From: an uncultured Clostridium sp. | GTDB taxonomy: Bacteria > Bacillota_I > Bacilli_A > RF39 > UBA660 | Assembly (NCBI GenBank): GCA_964589375.1 | Contig: CAZPSA010000002.1 | Location: 6,975-70,974, forward strand | Reading direction: 5' to 3' | DNA: 64,000 nucleotides | Position numbers and translations under genes: made by a program | The notes under the pieces: model-generated | Seen by the model: the letters and a program-made list of their open reading frames with translations, nothing else | Database searches by the model: none | Told to the model about the DNA's origin: nothing | Shown here: positions 60,400 through 64,000 of the stretch, piece after piece | Layout: the number at the start of each line of letters is the position of its first letter | How positions within the stretch are numbered: the first letter of the stretch is position 1

Positions 60400-60410
60400 A
60401 ACATATCCTC

Positions 60411-61244
60411 CTATTTCTTCTTACGACTAACAATTAACTTGCTAGAAGCTTTCTTTGGTTTACGTGTTTTATATCCAAGTGCTGGTTTACCCCATGGAGT
60501 AACAGGACCTTTTCTTCTTCCGATTGGAGTACGTCCTTCACCACCACCATGTGGGTGATCATTAGGATTCATAACAGAACCACGGTTTGTAGGTCTAACG
60601 CCCATATGTCTTTTACGTCCAGCTTTGCCTAAATTTACTAATTCATAATCTTCATTACCAACTACCCCAATAGTAGCTAAGCATTCACCTAAAACTTTTC
60701 TAGTTTCACCAGATTGTAAACGTAATAAAACATATTTACCTTCTCTACCTAAAATTTGAGCAGATGTTCCAGCACTACGAGCCATTTCCGCACCTTTACC
60801 AGGTTTTAACTCAATATTATGAACAACAGTACCAACTGGTATATTCTTAAGTGGTAAAGCATTACCAACCTTAATATCAACATTTTCTCCAGATTCAACA
60901 ATTGAACCAACCTTTAAATCTTTAGGAGCAATTATATATCTCTTTTCCCCATCTTTATAAGTTAAAAGAGCAATATTAGCTGTTCTATTTGGATCATATT
61001 CAATTGTAGTTACTCTTGCTGGAATATCAAATTTATTTCTTTTATAATCAATAATACGATATTTTCTTTTTGCACCGCCACCAATGTGTCTAACAGTTGT
61101 ACGTCCTTGATTATTACGTCCTCCAGTTTTGCTTATACTTACAAGCAAACTTTTTTCCGGATTAGTACTAGTAATTTCAGTATTAGTTAAAGTACTCATA
61201 CCTCTGCGACCATTTGTTGTTGGTTTATATTTTCTAATTCCCAT
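60411..61244 (-). CDS. rplB: 50S ribosomal protein L2
   Basis: [19 protein letters not shown]. Confidence 0.98.
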   Translation of the reverse strand: MGIRKYKPTTNGRRGMSTLTNTEITSTNPEKSLLVSISKTGGRNNQGRTTVRHIGGGAKRKYRIIDYKRNKFDIPARVTTIEYDPNRTANIALLTYKDGEKRYIIAPKDLKVGSIVESGENVDIKVGNALPLKNIPVGTVVHNIELKPGKGAEMARSAGTSAQILGREGKYVLLRLQSGETRKVLGECLATIGVVGNEDYELVNLGKAGRKRHMGVRPTNRGSVMNPNDHPHGGGEGRTPIGRRKGPVTPWGKPALGYKTRKPKKASSKLIVSRKKK

Positions 61245-61252
61245 AAGTACAC

Positions 61253-61522
61253 CTACATTTCTATAGAGTTATTATCACATAATGTAACAATAGCCTTCTT
61301 ATAAGTTTTTCTAGTACCAGTGTATCTTCCTACTCTTTTCTTTTTTGGTTTTGTATTAAGAGTATTTACACTTTTAACTTTAACTCCAAATGTTTCCTCA
61401 ATAGCTTGTTTAATTTGAATTTTATTAGCATTCTTTGCTACTTTAAAAACATAAGTATTATCTTGAAGTAAAGCGTTAGTTTTTTCAGTAATAACTGGTG
61501 AATAAATAATATCAGATTTCAT
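61253..61522 (-). CDS. rplW: 50S ribosomal protein L23
   Basis: PVITEK, KKAIVTL. Confidence 0.97.
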   Translation of the reverse strand: MKSDIIYSPVITEKTNALLQDNTYVFKVAKNANKIQIKQAIEETFGVKVKSVNTLNTKPKKKRVGRYTGTRKTYKKAIVTLCDNNSIEM

Positions 61523-62145
61523 TATTTAAGCACCTCCTCAATATATTTCATAGCGCCTTCATCAATAACTACATTATCAGCATTAATAATGTCATAAACA
61601 TTAATTTCATTAGCTAAAATAACTAGTATATTAGAAAGATTTCTTGATGCCATATATAAATTTTCAGCATCATTAGAACAAATAAATAATATTTTTCCAT
61701 CTAATTTTAATGAATTAAGCATTTGTTTTAAATCCTTAGTTTTTAAACTATTTAATTCTAACGAATCAACAATAGTTAATTTCTTTTCATTTGCTTTAAT
61801 AGATAAAGCACTTCTTAAAGCTAAAACTCTTTCTTTCTTATTCATCTTAAAAGTATAGCTTCTTGGGCTTACACCAAAAGCAACTCCACCACCTCTATAA
61901 TGAGGAGCACGAATTGATCCTTGACGAGCATTACCAGTACCTTTTTGTTTATAAGGTTTTCTGCCACCGCCACGAACTTCAGCACGAGTTTTAGTCTTAT
62001 GTGTTCCTTGTCTTAAAGAAACAAGTTGTAAATCAATTGCCTTTTTTAAAACAATTTCATTTGGTTCTTTAATAAATACAGTTTCATTTAGTTTTAAATC
62101 TTTTACTTTTTCACCATTAAGATTAATAATATCAACTTTTCCCAT
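61522..62145 (-). CDS. rplD: 50S ribosomal protein L4
   Basis: KP.KQKGTG.ARQGS. Confidence 0.97.
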   Translation of the reverse strand: MGKVDIINLNGEKVKDLKLNETVFIKEPNEIVLKKAIDLQLVSLRQGTHKTKTRAEVRGGGRKPYKQKGTGNARQGSIRAPHYRGGGVAFGVSPRSYTFKMNKKERVLALRSALSIKANEKKLTIVDSLELNSLKTKDLKQMLNSLKLDGKILFICSNDAENLYMASRNLSNILVILANEINVYDIINADNVVIDEGAMKYIEEVLK

Positions 62146-62155
62146 TGTTTACCTC

Positions 62156-62938
62156 CTAATTTTCTTCCTTAACTGAAGATTCTTCTGGTTTAACTTCTTC
62201 TTCAATTGGTTCTTCGGTTTCAACAGTTTCAGTTGCTTCTAAAGTAGTTTCTTCTACTACTTCTTCATTTAAAGCTTCTGGTTCATAGTTAACTAATTCA
62301 AAAGTTTCCTTTTTACCACCTTTAACAGCTTCTTTGATTAAAACTAATGAATTCTTAGCTCCTGGAATATTTCCACTTACTAAAATATAATTATCAACTG
62401 TATTAACATCTACAATGTGTAAATTTTGAATAGTTACTGTATCAACGCCCATATGACCTGATAGTACTTTTCCTTTTAAAACTCTCATTGGTCTCATAGT
62501 TCCCATTGAGCCTGGTCTTCTATGATATCTTGAACCGTGTGTTTTTGGTCCTTCTGATTGATTATTTCTTACAATAACGCCAGTATAACCATGTCCTTTA
62601 GTAGTACCAGTAACATCTACTTTTTCTCCTACTTCAAATATGTCTGCTTTTATAGTGCTTCCTAGTTCATAAACAGATGCATCTGCAACTTTGATTTCTT
62701 TTAAGAAGCGCTTAGGTAAGACACCAGCCTTTTTAGCATGTCCCATTTCTGCTTTATTAGTTCTTGATTGTTTTTTATCAGTAATTCCTAATTGAATTGC
62801 TTCATAACCATCAGTCTTAGTAGTTTTAACTTGCATAACTACATTAGGTTCAACACTAACAACAGTTACAGGAATGATTTTTCCATCTTTCGTAAATACT
62901 TCGGTCATCCCGATTTTACGTCCTAAGATTCCTTTCAT
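62156..62938 (-). CDS. rplC: 50S ribosomal protein L3 with acidic C-terminal extension
   Basis: [18 protein letters not shown]. Confidence 0.97.
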   Translation of the reverse strand: MKGILGRKIGMTEVFTKDGKIIPVTVVSVEPNVVMQVKTTKTDGYEAIQLGITDKKQSRTNKAEMGHAKKAGVLPKRFLKEIKVADASVYELGSTIKADIFEVGEKVDVTGTTKGHGYTGVIVRNNQSEGPKTHGSRYHRRPGSMGTMRPMRVLKGKVLSGHMGVDTVTIQNLHIVDVNTVDNYILVSGNIPGAKNSLVLIKEAVKGGKKETFELVNYEPEALNEEVVEETTLEATETVETEEPIEEEVKPEESSVKEEN

Positions 62939-62952
62939 CTTTTTTCCTCCAT

Positions 62953-63261
62953 CTAATTATTTGTTTTGATTTCGATGTCAACGCCACTTGGAATATCTAA
63001 GTGAGTTAAAGCATCCATTGTTTCCTTACTAGGATTTTTAATATCAATAAGTCTTTTATGTGTACGCATTTCAAATTGTTCACGAGCATCTTTGTATTTA
63101 TGTACCGCTCTTAAAACAGTAATTTTTTGAATTTCTGTTGGAAGTGGTACTGGACCAGAGATTTCTCCCCCTGTTCTTTTAACAGTATCAACAATTTTTA
63201 AAGCTGCAACATCAAGTACTCTATGATCATAAGCTTTTAGTTTGATTCTTACTTTTGACAT
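62953..63261 (-). CDS. rpsJ: 30S ribosomal protein S10
   Basis: [24 protein letters not shown]. Confidence 0.98.
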   Translation of the reverse strand: MSKVRIKLKAYDHRVLDVAALKIVDTVKRTGGEISGPVPLPTEIQKITVLRAVHKYKDAREQFEMRTHKRLIDIKNPSKETMDALTHLDIPSGVDIEIKTNN

Positions 63262-63395
63262 TTACAATATGTCCTCCTTCCGTTTACATCTAGTATAAAC
63301 ATAGCTCCGTAACGAATATACCTGATATCTTAGTTTTGGTTTAACAACCTCTCCTAGTGTATCAGCAACCTCGCACATCTAAGCCAGTCAAACCA
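63262..63395 (-). promoter_or_regulatory. S10 operon 5' leader (putative structured RNA)
   Basis: About 130 nt, relatively GC-rich leader containing GAGGTTGCTGATACAC, similar to my recollection of Firmicutes rpsJ leaders. Confidence 0.5.
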
Positions 63396-63401
63396 AAGTA
63401 A

Positions 63402-63429
63402 ATTATACCATAAAATCCCCTTTTTGCAA
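63402..63429 (-). promoter_or_regulatory. Sigma-A promoter of the S10 operon
   Basis: TTGCAA (63429-63424), 16 nt spacer ending in TGG, TATAAT (63407-63402): extended -10. Confidence 0.7.
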
Positions 63430-63581
63430 GCGTTTTTCAGCTATTTTCGCCTAAAACATGAATTTTGTAGATTTTTATCAAAAATACTCCCTCGACTATA
63501 AATAATTAAAACTAGACCTATTTACTTTTAAATCTAACTAAAACCATTTATCTAAATAATTTAAAATCAATTTAATTTATC

Positions 63582-63605
63582 AAAAAAACACCTAACGGTG
63601 CTTTT
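63582..63605 (-). terminator. Intrinsic terminator after leuS
   Basis: cacc-taac-ggtg hairpin with U-tract on the minus strand. Confidence 0.65.
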
Positions 63606-63610
63606 ATATC

Positions 63611-64000
63611 TTATTTAACAACAATACTAACTATTCTTTTAGGAACTACAATAAATTTCACCATTTCATGATTTTCCGTATATCTTTTAATATTTTCTTC
63701 GCCTAACGCTAGCATCCTAATATCATCTTCGCTCATATCATCAGAAACACATATACTAGCCCTTAACTTACCATTAACTTGAACCCCAATTTCACATTTA
63801 TTTTCAATTGTCTTTTCCTCATCAAACTCAGGCCATTTGCTCTTAGCAAACATTTCTCCTAAATTAAGTTCTTCATTTAACTCTTCCGTAATATGAGGCG
63901 CAATTGGATTTAACAAATGAAGTAATACTCGATAATCCTTAGATGTAATTGTACTTTCTTTCTCATAATTATTAAGTAGTATCATCAATGATGAAACAGC
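63611..64000 (-). CDS. leuS: Leucyl-tRNA synthetase, 3' part only
   Basis: LLNPIAPHITEEL, WP, VQVNGKLR, IVVP.RIVSIV. Confidence 0.93.
   Translation of the reverse strand, partial: AVSSLMILLNNYEKESTITSKDYRVLLHLLNPIAPHITEELNEELNLGEMFAKSKWPEFDEEKTIENKCEIGVQVNGKLRASICVSDDMSEDDIRMLALGEENIKRYTENHEMVKFIVVPKRIVSIVVK

Noticed and set aside
1-64000. CRISPR arrays, tRNA or rRNA genes, IS elements
   Set aside because: No regularly spaced repeats, cloverleaf or rRNA-like GC-rich segments, or transposase ORFs were seen

Overview
Very AT-rich bacterial chromosomal segment (GC looks below about 30% by eye; standard code, TGA used as stop). Gene content is Bacilli-like (spoVS, cotD-like, comEA/comEC, ymfF/ymfH, RNase J, Bacillus-type S10-spc-alpha cluster) but streamlined (no rpmD/L30 in the spc operon, lone sufB). 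This is consistent with an uncultured reduced-genome Bacilli lineage such as RF39, which is an inference. The right part (27-64 kb) is mostly housekeeping. The left 27 kb is one co-oriented minus-strand island directly downstream of rnj. It has three parts: (i) a minimal type VII module (YukD, tandem WXG100-like protein, helical partner, lysozyme-type effector, EssC, but no EsaA/EssA/EssB); (ii) three Cys-rich surface proteins sharing an unrecognised domain, plus Flp/TadE/TadZ-like genes; (iii) a type IV secretion-like module (three VirB2-like pilins, VirB6, PrgI, a TraC-like partner, a short VirB4, a degenerate-M23/lysozyme fusion, two VirB8-like proteins, NlpC/P60, a lipoprotein). No integrase, relaxase or VirD4 is visible in the window. 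Two pilin genes carry a ~98% identical N-terminal head domain on different pilin tails. The best candidate for an undescribed system is this apparently domesticated T4SS/T7SS/adhesin locus, perhaps a contact-dependent attachment and cell-wall-lysis machine. Family assignments come from motif recognition only; no database searches were run.
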